Assembly: GCA_041299015.1 (NCBI GenBank)
Contig: JBFYWB010000095.1
Coordinates: 12,275 to 76,274, forward strand
From: Deltaproteobacteria bacterium
Lineage (GTDB): Bacteria > Desulfobacterota > Desulfobacteria > Desulfobacterales > SG8-13
Length of the DNA: 64,000 bases
Reading direction: 5' to 3'
Shown: piece by piece, positions 19,083-27,203 of the stretch
Layout: each line of letters starts with the position of its first letter
Numbering within the stretch: position 1 is the first letter of the stretch
Position numbers and translations under genes: made by a program
The notes under the pieces: model-generated
What the model was told of the DNA's origin: nothing
Seen by the model: only the letters and a program-made list of their open reading frames with translations
Databases searched by the model: none

Positions 19083-19997
19083 ATGCTCTGGGATTTCGAC
19101 TATTTCGTGGAGTTGTTCCTGGCCGGGCTGACCCGCGGGAGCATCTATGCATTGATTGCGCTGGGTTACACCATGGTATATGGGATCATCCAGTTGATCA
19201 ATTTTGCCCATGGTGAAATCTACATGATCGGCGCCTTTACGGCGCTCATCGCCACCGGCGTTCTGACGCTCATGGGCTGGAACACGGTGGCCATCCTTTT
19301 CATTGCCGCCGGATTGGCGGTGCTCTATTCATCGGCTTATGGGTACACGCTCGAAAAAGTCGCCTACAAGCCCCTGCGGAAAGCCCCGCGGCTTTCGGCC
19401 CTTATCAGCGCCATCGGAATGTCGCTGTTTCTGCAGAATTACGTGCTGCTCGCGCAGACCTCCGATTTTCTTCCCTATCCGGCCCTTATCCCCGAATTCA
19501 AATGGCTGGAGCCTTGGGAACACGTCGTCCGCTCCTCCCAGATCGTCATTTTCGCCACCACGGCCATCGTCATGGTTCTATTGACGTTACTGATCAAGTT
19601 CACCCGGATCGGCAAGGCCATGCGGGCCACCGCACAAGACAAGGAAATGGCGATGCTGGTGGGCGTGGACGTGAACCGCGTCATATCGGTTACCTTTATC
19701 GTCGGGTCGGCTACGGCGGCTATCGGCGGCGTGTTGATCGCCTCGCACATCGGTCAGATCAATTTCTACATCGGCTTTATCGCCGGGATCAAAGCCTTTG
19801 TCGCCGCCGTTCTGGGCGGTATCGGCAGCATCCCGGGAGCGGTGCTCGGCAGCCTGGTGCTGGGATGGACCGAAAGCTTTTTCACGGGTTACATTTCGAG
19901 CGATTACGAAGATGTCTTTGCTTTTCTGTTCCTGGTTTTCATTCTGATCTTCAGACCTTCCGGCATCCTGGGCCGTTCGGAAACCGAGAAGGTGTGA
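19083..19997 (+). CDS. livH: branched-chain amino acid ABC transporter permease
   Basis: GSIYALIALGYTMVYGIIQLINFAHGE signature; multi-TM. Confidence 0.9.
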   Translation: MLWDFDYFVELFLAGLTRGSIYALIALGYTMVYGIIQLINFAHGEIYMIGAFTALIATGVLTLMGWNTVAILFIAAGLAVLYSSAYGYTLEKVAYKPLRKAPRLSALISAIGMSLFLQNYVLLAQTSDFLPYPALIPEFKWLEPWEHVVRSSQIVIFATTAIVMVLLTLLIKFTRIGKAMRATAQDKEMAMLVGVDVNRVISVTFIVGSATAAIGGVLIASHIGQINFYIGFIAGIKAFVAAVLGGIGSIPGAVLGSLVLGWTESFFTGYISSDYEDVFAFLFLVFILIFRPSGILGRSETEKV

Positions 19998-20084
19998 GGT
20001 TTCATCGCTGCATCGATTGCGCTGCCTTCACGGGGTCCTCTTGAACCGCAGGCATCCCGTCATAGAGATGATAGGATTTGAAAG

Positions 20085-21302
20085 GTGCTCAGCTTCGCGG
20101 AGATTAAAAAGTCGTTTCTGGTGTCGCTCTGGTTCATGTTTCTGACCTTTCCGATCATGGTCGTCCGGGTCAACACCATCTACAAGAAGGTGGAGTGGCG
20201 CTGGGAAAACATGCTTCTGGTGGGCCTCGGCAGTTTCTGCTTATCCTTTGTCTGGCGTTATTTCATGGGGCGCAAAGAGTCGGGGCGCAAAAATCATCAG
20301 GCCGCAGAGACCGAAGGCCGGCCGAGCCTCAAGCAGCGGATCATGAACGATCGAAGAATCTATATACCGGTGCTTGCCGCTGTTTCCGTCTTCGCCGCCG
20401 CCTATCCCTTCATCTTTTCGCTGTACCAGACCAACATCATGATTAACGCCCTGATCTACATCATGCTCGGGTTGGGCATCAACATCGTCGTCGGTTTGGC
20501 CGGGTTGCTCGATCTGGGATATGTCGCCTTTTATGCGGTCGGCGCTTATTCTTATGCCCTGCTCAACCATCATTTCGGCCTCAATTTCTGGCTGGCCCTG
20601 CCCGTCGGAGCCCTATTGGGTACCATTTTCGGCATCCTGCTCGGATACCCGGTCCTCAGGCTCAGAGGGGATTACCTGGCGATCGTCACCCTTGGATTCG
20701 GCGAAATCATCCGCCTAGTTCTCGAAAACTGGAACGCATTCTCTTTTGGTCCCAGCGGAATTGCCAACATTCCGCGCCCCGGGCTGTTCGGCATCAAAAT
20801 GTCCCTGGGGCAATCCAGCATTTTCATCTATTTTCTGATGATCGCCCTGGTGATCTTCACGATTTTCGTGGTCAATCGCCTGAAAGACTCGCGAATCGGA
20901 CGGGCCTGGATCGCCCTGCGGGAGGACGAGGTTGCCTGCCAGGCTATGGGCATCGACCGCACCAAGACGAAGTTGACCGCGTTCGCCTTGGGCGCTACCT
21001 GGGCCGGCATGGCCGGCGTGATGTTCGCCGCCAAAACCACCTTCATCAACCCGGCCAGTTTCACCATCTGGGAGTCGATTAATATTTTATGCATTGTGGT
21101 ATTGGGTGGCATGGGCTCCATCTTGGGAGTGATCTTCGGGGCATTGGCATTGATTCTGTTGCCCGAATATCTGAGGGCCTTCTCGGAATATCGTATGCTT
21201 CTTTTCGGCTTCATCCTGGTGACCATGATGGTCTTCCGGCCCGGCGGCATCATCAGCGAGCCGAGGCGGACGTATCAATTCAAGGGTGTGGAGAAACAAT
21301 AA
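20085..21302 (+). CDS. livM: branched-chain amino acid ABC transporter permease
   Basis: GLAGLLDLGYVAFYAVGAY, GDYLAIVTLGFGEIIR. GTG start in the track. Confidence 0.85.
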   Translation: MLSFAEIKKSFLVSLWFMFLTFPIMVVRVNTIYKKVEWRWENMLLVGLGSFCLSFVWRYFMGRKESGRKNHQAAETEGRPSLKQRIMNDRRIYIPVLAAVSVFAAAYPFIFSLYQTNIMINALIYIMLGLGINIVVGLAGLLDLGYVAFYAVGAYSYALLNHHFGLNFWLALPVGALLGTIFGILLGYPVLRLRGDYLAIVTLGFGEIIRLVLENWNAFSFGPSGIANIPRPGLFGIKMSLGQSSIFIYFLMIALVIFTIFVVNRLKDSRIGRAWIALREDEVACQAMGIDRTKTKLTAFALGATWAGMAGVMFAAKTTFINPASFTIWESINILCIVVLGGMGSILGVIFGALALILLPEYLRAFSEYRMLLFGFILVTMMVFRPGGIISEPRRTYQFKGVEKQ

Positions 21303-21333
21303 CAACTCTCAGCGACGACAACACTGTTGATCT

Positions 21334-22122
21334 ATGGAACCGATACTGGAAGTGCGTCACCTGAGCATGGACTTCGGCGGATTGCGCGCCCTGGACAGCC
21401 TCGATCTCGATATTTTTAAAGGTGAAATCGTTGCCCTGATCGGACCCAACGGGGCCGGAAAGACCACCTTCTTCAACTGCATCACCGGCATCTATCCCCC
21501 AACGGAAGGGGAAATGACGGCCCGTCCGCCACGAAAAAGCGCAACCCGGCTCAACGGGCTCAAGCCCAACAAGATCACGGAAGTCGGTCTGGCCCGCACC
21601 TTTCAGAACATCCGGCTCTTTCCGACGATGACGGTTTTGGAGAACGTCATGGTCGGGCGCCACTGCCGCCTGAAATCCGGCATCGCCGGGGCCATTCTGA
21701 GGCCGCCGTCCACCCTGAGGGAAGAAGAACAGGTGGTGGAGGACAGCTACCGCATCCTTCAGAAAATCGGTCTGGAAAAATTCGTCAACGATTATGCCAT
21801 GAATCTGCCCTACGGCGCCCAACGCCGTTTGGAAATCGCGCGGGCCTTGGCCACAGAACCTTTTATTCTGCTTCTGGACGAACCGGCTGCCGGTATGAAT
21901 CCTCGGGAAACGGAGGCGCTGGACCAGCTGATTCTCCAGCTCCGCGAACAGGAGGGTGTTTCGATCCTGCTCATCGAGCATGACATGAAGCTGGTGATGA
22001 GCCTTTCCGACCGCATCTTCGTGGTCGATTATGGGAAAAAAATCGCTCAAGGCACTCCCGAAGAAATCAAAAATAACCCGGCTGTCATCAAGGCTTACCT
22101 CGGGGAAGAGATCGATGCTTGA
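21334..22122 (+). CDS. livG: branched-chain amino acid ABC transporter ATP-binding protein
   Basis: Walker A GPNGAGKTT, LPYGAQRRLEIARAL, Walker B LLLDEPAAG. Confidence 0.9.
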   Translation: MEPILEVRHLSMDFGGLRALDSLDLDIFKGEIVALIGPNGAGKTTFFNCITGIYPPTEGEMTARPPRKSATRLNGLKPNKITEVGLARTFQNIRLFPTMTVLENVMVGRHCRLKSGIAGAILRPPSTLREEEQVVEDSYRILQKIGLEKFVNDYAMNLPYGAQRRLEIARALATEPFILLLDEPAAGMNPRETEALDQLILQLREQEGVSILLIEHDMKLVMSLSDRIFVVDYGKKIAQGTPEEIKNNPAVIKAYLGEEIDA

Positions 22123-22822
22123 GCTCAGAAGCGTCAAGACTTTTTACGGCAAAATACAGGCCCTTAAGGGGATCAACATCGAGATTTCGGAAGGCGAAAT
22201 CATTACCCTCATCGGCGCCAACGGAGCCGGTAAAAGCACGACCCTGATGTCGATCAGCGGTGTTGTGCCTCCGCGTTCCGGTGAGATATTATTCATGGGC
22301 CAACCCATCCAGAATCTCAGCCCCAACAAAATCGTTGCTTTGGGGATCAGCCAGGTGCCGGAAGGGCGACGGATTTTCCCACGTCTCTCCGTGATGGAGA
22401 ACCTCGACATGGGTGCGTTTTTACGTCCGGACAAAGACGGCATCAAAAAGGACAGCGATTATATTTTTTCGCTTTTTCCGATCCTGGCCGAGCGCCGCTC
22501 CCAGGCCGGCGGCACGCTCAGCGGCGGCGAACAGCAGATGCTGGCAATTTCGCGGGCCTTGATGGCCCGGCCGCGACTTTTGCTAATGGACGAACCGTCT
22601 CTGGGATTGGCTCCGCTCATCGTGCGGCAGATTTTCGAGATCATCAAAAAAATAAATGCCGAGAGCAACACGACCATTTTTCTGGTTGAACAAAACGCCA
22701 ATCTTGCCCTAAAAGTCGCTCATCGCGGCTACGTGATGGAAACCGGTCGAATCACCGTTGCGGATTCGGCCGAAAAACTGCTCGCCAACGACGAGGTCCG
22801 CAAAGCCTATTTGGGCATATAG
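22115..22822 (+). CDS. livF: branched-chain amino acid ABC transporter ATP-binding protein
   Basis: MLELRSVKTFYG start, overlapping the livG stop by 8 nt. GANGAGKST, LSGGEQQMLAISRAL, LLMDEPSLGL. The track's longer ORF (22031) is an in-frame extension inside livG. Confidence 0.9.
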   Translation: MLELRSVKTFYGKIQALKGINIEISEGEIITLIGANGAGKSTTLMSISGVVPPRSGEILFMGQPIQNLSPNKIVALGISQVPEGRRIFPRLSVMENLDMGAFLRPDKDGIKKDSDYIFSLFPILAERRSQAGGTLSGGEQQMLAISRALMARPRLLLMDEPSLGLAPLIVRQIFEIIKKINAESNTTIFLVEQNANLALKVAHRGYVMETGRITVADSAEKLLANDEVRKAYLGI

Positions 22823-22943
22823 TCGTCCCCTGCTGATTTTTCGCTCATCTTTTCGTTCGGCTTCGCACCGCCTCATCATCCCATTTCTTTCGTAAAAAGC
22901 TCCCCGTGTGTAGTCTTATGTGATACTTTTAAACTACAAAGAA

Positions 22944-22972
22944 TTGACATACTGGGAACTGACTGATAAGAT
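22944..22972 (+). promoter_or_regulatory. candidate sigma-70 promoter of the beta-barrel protein gene
   Basis: TTGACA, 17 nt, TAAGAT, in an AT-rich 214-nt intergenic region. Confidence 0.4.
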
Positions 22973-23036
22973 GGTCATCATGGCGACGGTTCGCTTAGGC
23001 TCGATACCCCTATTGTTTTATGGATGAGGACAGACG

Positions 23037-23807
23037 ATGAAGAATATCAGCTTGAGCATTGCTGTTGTCCTTCTGCTGTGCAGCACTCTACCGGCGATGG
23101 GAGGCGCTTTCAGACCGAAAGCCGACCCTCTGATCTGGAATCAGTCTTCGGCCGATCTACCGCCCTCCGCACCTCCCGATCAGGCAAGTGAGCGGGATAA
23201 CGAAGACAACCGGGGCTTCACCAACGAGACCCGACCCGCAGGGCAGTTCTTTGTGGACATGTCGCCGTATCTACCCAATGTCTGCGTGATGGCGACCCCC
23301 ATAAAATACGAGGGCACGCACATCGACAACATGCGGCTCGATTTTGGCGACGAGGGCATGCGTGCGGATAACGCCTTCGATTCCAAAACCACTTTCAATG
23401 ATGTCTTTGTGGCCCTCTATTACGGTCTCCCATATCTCAAAACGGTTTCCCAAGACAAGCTCAACATCGATCTCGGTATCAACGTGCGGACAATCGATTT
23501 CCATGAAGACATCCAATTGAAGTCCATCGCTCAGGCCCCGGGAAGCATCATCCTGCCGGTTCCGATGGTTTTCGCCGCCGTGCAGTTCCAGCCCCTGGAT
23601 GTCCTGGCCCTCGAAGCCGAAGGCCGTGGGATTGCGGTTGGCGGCAAAAAGTCTTACGGCCTGATCGGTCGCTTCCGCTGGAATTTCGACGGGTCGATTT
23701 ATGCAACCGGTGGGTATCATTACAGCAAGTGTGAGATCAATCGAGACGGCATCACCGTCGACGCCGCGGTAAACGGGCCCTTCATCGAAGCCGGTCTGTC
23801 TTTCTGA
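23037..23807 (+). CDS. hypothetical outer-membrane beta-barrel protein
   Basis: Signal peptide MKNISLSIAVVLLLCSTLPAMGGA. Alternating hydrophobic strands. The C-terminal ...FIEAGLSF ends in Phe, the OMP sorting signature. Confidence 0.5.
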   Translation: MKNISLSIAVVLLLCSTLPAMGGAFRPKADPLIWNQSSADLPPSAPPDQASERDNEDNRGFTNETRPAGQFFVDMSPYLPNVCVMATPIKYEGTHIDNMRLDFGDEGMRADNAFDSKTTFNDVFVALYYGLPYLKTVSQDKLNIDLGINVRTIDFHEDIQLKSIAQAPGSIILPVPMVFAAVQFQPLDVLALEAEGRGIAVGGKKSYGLIGRFRWNFDGSIYATGGYHYSKCEINRDGITVDAAVNGPFIEAGLSF

Positions 23808-23888
23808 GCCGAGGGCCGATTCGAAAATAAGAGCGCCCATTATCTTGCACGCCTCCATGCACTCCGTGCGGCTGCGCGGCGAGAACTT

Positions 23889-23906
23889 GGAATATAAGAA
23901 TATTCC
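23889..23906. terminator. hairpin between the convergent beta-barrel gene and motB (possible bidirectional terminator)
   Basis: GGAATAT, loop AAGA, ATATTCC (perfect 7-bp stem), followed by GGCGTTTTCGAATTTTCG. Confidence 0.3.
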
Positions 23907-24021
23907 GGCGTTTTCGAATTTTCGCGGATGTCGCTGCCCACGCCCCCGGCACCTCGAGGCGATTCATTTCCGGCCGCCGTCAAACACCCCATATGTTTAC
24001 CCCGCAGCCGTGTTTTTGTTC

Positions 24022-24855
24022 TTAACGAAAAATAAGATTTTTATCGATCGGCGGATTCCCGCGGATGGGATCAGGAATCCCGGTCTTCGGGGGATTGGGA
24101 TTGGGGGGTTCGGCGGCCTGCAAAATGATCTCCACCCGCCGATTGCGGCGCCGGCCTTCGAGCGTATCGTTGGATTCGATCGGCCGGTATTTCCCGAAAC
24201 CCATGGTCGACACGCGGCTTTCTGCAATAGCCGACCTTGCCAGCAGAAATTCGGCAACCGTGGCGGCACGGGCGATCGACAGTTTCAAGTTGGAGCCATA
24301 CGGCCCGCCGTTGAGGGGGATATTGTCCGTGTGGCCGGCGATGATCACCTCCCCCTTGCCTTCCGCCAGCACGCTCCCGATTTTGAGCAGCAGCGGCACC
24401 ATCTGGGCTTTGATGTCCGCCTTACCGGAATCGAAGGCCGTCTCGCCCATCAGGCGAATGGTCACCTCCTTTTCGCCCACTTCCACCTGAATTAGATCCT
24501 GCATGTCCTTAAAACCGGTTTCAATCTCGTTTTTGAGTGCCATGCCGATCTGCTCCCGCTGCTGCATGGCGATAAACTCCTCACGCGGTCTGGCCGGAAT
24601 CAACTCCTGGTCGAAGTCTCTCGAAATCATCTTGATGCCTTTGGGGGCCTCGTAGGCCTTGATTTTGCGCTGGACGCCGAAAGCCTTGGCCAGCGATCCG
24701 GCCACTTCCTTGTATTTGGCTTTGTCCATCTCGGAAAACGAGAGCAGCAGGACGAAGAAACAGAGCAGCAGGCTCATCAGATCGCCGAACGTTACCACCC
24801 ATGCCGGCGCCCCTTCTTCGAGGACGGGGGCCTCGATATCATCAGACAGGTTCAT
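24022..24855 (-). CDS. motB: flagellar motor stator protein MotB (OmpA-like C-terminus)
   Basis: APAWVVTFGDLMSLLLCFFVLLLSF (conserved Asp-containing TM). OmpA-like GHTDNIP...NRRVEI. Confidence 0.85.
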   Translation of the reverse strand: MNLSDDIEAPVLEEGAPAWVVTFGDLMSLLLCFFVLLLSFSEMDKAKYKEVAGSLAKAFGVQRKIKAYEAPKGIKMISRDFDQELIPARPREEFIAMQQREQIGMALKNEIETGFKDMQDLIQVEVGEKEVTIRLMGETAFDSGKADIKAQMVPLLLKIGSVLAEGKGEVIIAGHTDNIPLNGGPYGSNLKLSIARAATVAEFLLARSAIAESRVSTMGFGKYRPIESNDTLEGRRRNRRVEIILQAAEPPNPNPPKTGIPDPIRGNPPIDKNLIFR

Positions 24856-25637
24856 GATTTGGTTTTTTTCTGATTCTTCGGCTGGGTGTTCTTCTGCCGA
24901 TCCTTGGGCGCCAGATAGATTTTCAAGGCTTCCTCGAGAACCATGGGCGACATTCCCTGGGCGATTCCGATGGCACCCTCGCGGATGATTCGGCGACTTT
25001 CCTGTTCCTGTTGGCTTCGCAGGGCCAATTTATCGGCAATCGGCAGGCAAACTAGGTTGGCTATCAGTGCGCCGTAGAGGGTTGTCAGCAGGGCGATGGC
25101 CATGGCCGGACCGATGCTGGCGGGGTCGGACATGCTGCCCAGCATCTGGACCAGCCCGATCAGTGTTCCGATCATGCCGAAGGCCGGTGCGGAAGCGCCC
25201 ATGCCTCGGAAAACGTTCTGACCGACCGTGTGTCTCTGGAGCGTTTGGCGGATATCCTTGTCGAGCAGCTCGGAAATCAGTTTCTCGTCCAATCCGTCCG
25301 ACAAATAACGGATGGCCTTGGCTGAGAACGCGTCACCGGGCTTCTGATTTTCCAGGGCAATCAGGCCTTCTTTCTTTGCGATCTTGGAATATTCGACCAG
25401 TTTTCTAATGAGTTCCTCGGGCGAATCCAGTTTGATCATGAAAGCCTTCATCACCACTGTCACTGAATTGATCACATCGCGCATCGAAAACTTGATGAAA
25501 CAGGTGGCCAGGGTACCGCCGATCACGATCAAGATCGAAGGGGTGTCGAAGAAAACAAGCGCCGATCCCCCGGTGATAATAGCGCCGACAATCAGCACAG
25601 TGCCCCCGAAGAGTCCGATAACGGTCGCTATGTCCAT
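24852..25637 (-). CDS. motA: flagellar motor stator protein MotA/PomA
   Basis: MotA/TolQ/ExbB channel motifs APAFGMIGTLIGLVQML and TTLYGALIANL. 4-nt overlap with motB. Confidence 0.85.
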   Translation of the reverse strand: MDIATVIGLFGGTVLIVGAIITGGSALVFFDTPSILIVIGGTLATCFIKFSMRDVINSVTVVMKAFMIKLDSPEELIRKLVEYSKIAKKEGLIALENQKPGDAFSAKAIRYLSDGLDEKLISELLDKDIRQTLQRHTVGQNVFRGMGASAPAFGMIGTLIGLVQMLGSMSDPASIGPAMAIALLTTLYGALIANLVCLPIADKLALRSQQEQESRRIIREGAIGIAQGMSPMVLEEALKIYLAPKDRQKNTQPKNQKKTKS

Positions 25638-25689
25638 AAAACTCCCCTCGCATATTCTACGGGCTTCGATAAATCCGGTTCACTAACCA

Positions 25690-25716
25690 CTATCGGCCGA
25701 TCGTGATAAAACTTGA
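25690..25716 (-). promoter_or_regulatory. sigma-28 (FliA)-type promoter of motAB
   Basis: The minus strand reads TCAAGTTT, 11 nt, GCCGATAG, against the consensus TAAAGTTT-N11-GCCGATAA. It lies 52 nt upstream of the motA ATG, with a GAGGGGA RBS. Confidence 0.55.
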
Positions 25717-25928
25717 AGTGAAAAAAGGCTGCCGCGGATCTGCTCTCGACAATCGTGCCACTGGCAAACGGTTAGTCGCGGTCGGCATCGAACCACTGGC
25801 CGCCAAATCGTCAGTCTGATCAGTTCGCACGCCGTGGACACCTGACCAATAATATTTGAGCGAAAAACCAAAAACGGTCTTATATTGACGATGAGGTTTA
25901 CAATGAAAAAAATGGAAGGTCCTGCAAA

Positions 25929-26405
25929 ATGATCCACACCGCTCGTTTTCTTGGCGTATTGAAGCGCTTGTTCAAGCGGCTAAACTCCGGCAAACCGGCA
26001 ACCGTCGTCAGAACACTCGCCGAGGAGGGCAGGGGTGAAATTCAGGTTGCCCAACCGGTTTCCCCGCTCACCCCATCCGTAAAGGCCCGAACGGTTGTAA
26101 CCGACGGCGGCCTTCAAGCGGACTGTCCGCCGCAAGGCTACCCGACCGTATTGCGCTATCCGGTATCCTTTCGGAAGAGCGCTATTGCGCTGAAAAATAG
26201 CCCGGATATCGATCTTACCAGTCTCGACGATCTGGAGGCCTGCGCAGAAGCGCTGACCCTGCCGGCCGAAACCATAGAGAGCTGGGTCGGGGCCGGGATT
26301 TTGAGCCCCCGTGAAACCGAGATCGCCGAAAAACTCATCCGGATCATGCGCGCAAAGGGCCCTAAAAAAGTCTCCGCAAAACGGACGCCGGTCCCTGAGA
26401 CATGA
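25929..26405 (+). CDS. hypothetical protein with a possible C-terminal MerR/excisionase-like HTH
   Basis: 158-aa ORF with a GGAAGG RBS and high third-position GC. C-terminal LTLPAETIESWVGAGILSPRE resembles a MerR-type HTH. A competing antisense ORF lacks an RBS. Confidence 0.4.
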   Translation: MIHTARFLGVLKRLFKRLNSGKPATVVRTLAEEGRGEIQVAQPVSPLTPSVKARTVVTDGGLQADCPPQGYPTVLRYPVSFRKSAIALKNSPDIDLTSLDDLEACAEALTLPAETIESWVGAGILSPRETEIAEKLIRIMRAKGPKKVSAKRTPVPET

Positions 26406-26506
26406 CCGGCTGGTTGGCGCCGATGCCCCGAAAAAACGGAATATTCTGAAAGAATGATTAACGGTCACGTCGGCCGTTCGCACTTTTACTCGCCGGCGGT
26501 GTCGGA

Positions 26507-27028
26507 TCAGGCCACCCTGGCCCCGTAGAGCTTTGCCATCCGCTTAAGGGCGAATTCATGAAATTCCGGGTCGAAATCGGCCACCCCCTTAACGGGGACC
26601 GAAACAGGATAGTCACGATTGGCCAGCCCGCCCACGGTGTCCATAACACAAATCGAGGTGCAAACGCCCACAACCTCGACGGACTCGATCTCCTTTTCGA
26701 GCAGGATCTTTTCGAGATCGGTGCCGTAAAAGCCGCTATAGCGCTTCTTGTCGACCACTGATTCACCGGTTTGCGGTGCCAGCTCAGCGACAATCTCGCT
26801 GCCCCAGGTGCCGGCGACGCAGTGCTGAGGGAACTTTTCGAATTCCTTGTCATCTGCATCGTGGGCATCCCGCAGGTAAATCACGGTATCGCCTTTCCGG
26901 CGGTAGTGATCGATCCTGGCGCGGATGAAGGGTACGATCGCACGCGACGTTACCCCGCAGTCGAGCGCACCGTTTTCATCGATGAAATCATTGAGCATGT
27001 CGACAACGATCAAGGCCTTTTTTGACAT
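26507..27028 (-). CDS. isochorismatase-family cysteine hydrolase (nicotinamidase-like)
   Basis: ALIVVDMLNDF, KKRYSGFYGTDLE, VVGVCTSICV (catalytic Cys). Confidence 0.8.
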   Translation of the reverse strand: MSKKALIVVDMLNDFIDENGALDCGVTSRAIVPFIRARIDHYRRKGDTVIYLRDAHDADDKEFEKFPQHCVAGTWGSEIVAELAPQTGESVVDKKRYSGFYGTDLEKILLEKEIESVEVVGVCTSICVMDTVGGLANRDYPVSVPVKGVADFDPEFHEFALKRMAKLYGARVA

Positions 27029-27203
27029 CGTCACCCTCATTGTTTTTCCGGTTTTCGATGACTCAAACGAACTTCAAGGCAACCGACGCCTGTCGGCATT
27101 ATTCTGTGGGCCGTCTGCTTTGCTGAAACAGATTCCCGTAAATTCTCATCCGGTGGCGAGTAAGCATCCTTTATTTTCTCGGTCCGCAAACCGCTGTTTC
27201 GCG

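Noticed and set aside
25980-26483. 167-aa minus-strand ORF competing with the 158-aa plus-strand ORF
   Set aside because: It has a GTG start with no RBS, and the product is Arg/Gly-rich. The plus-strand ORF has an RBS and more gene-like composition, though it too is low-confidence.
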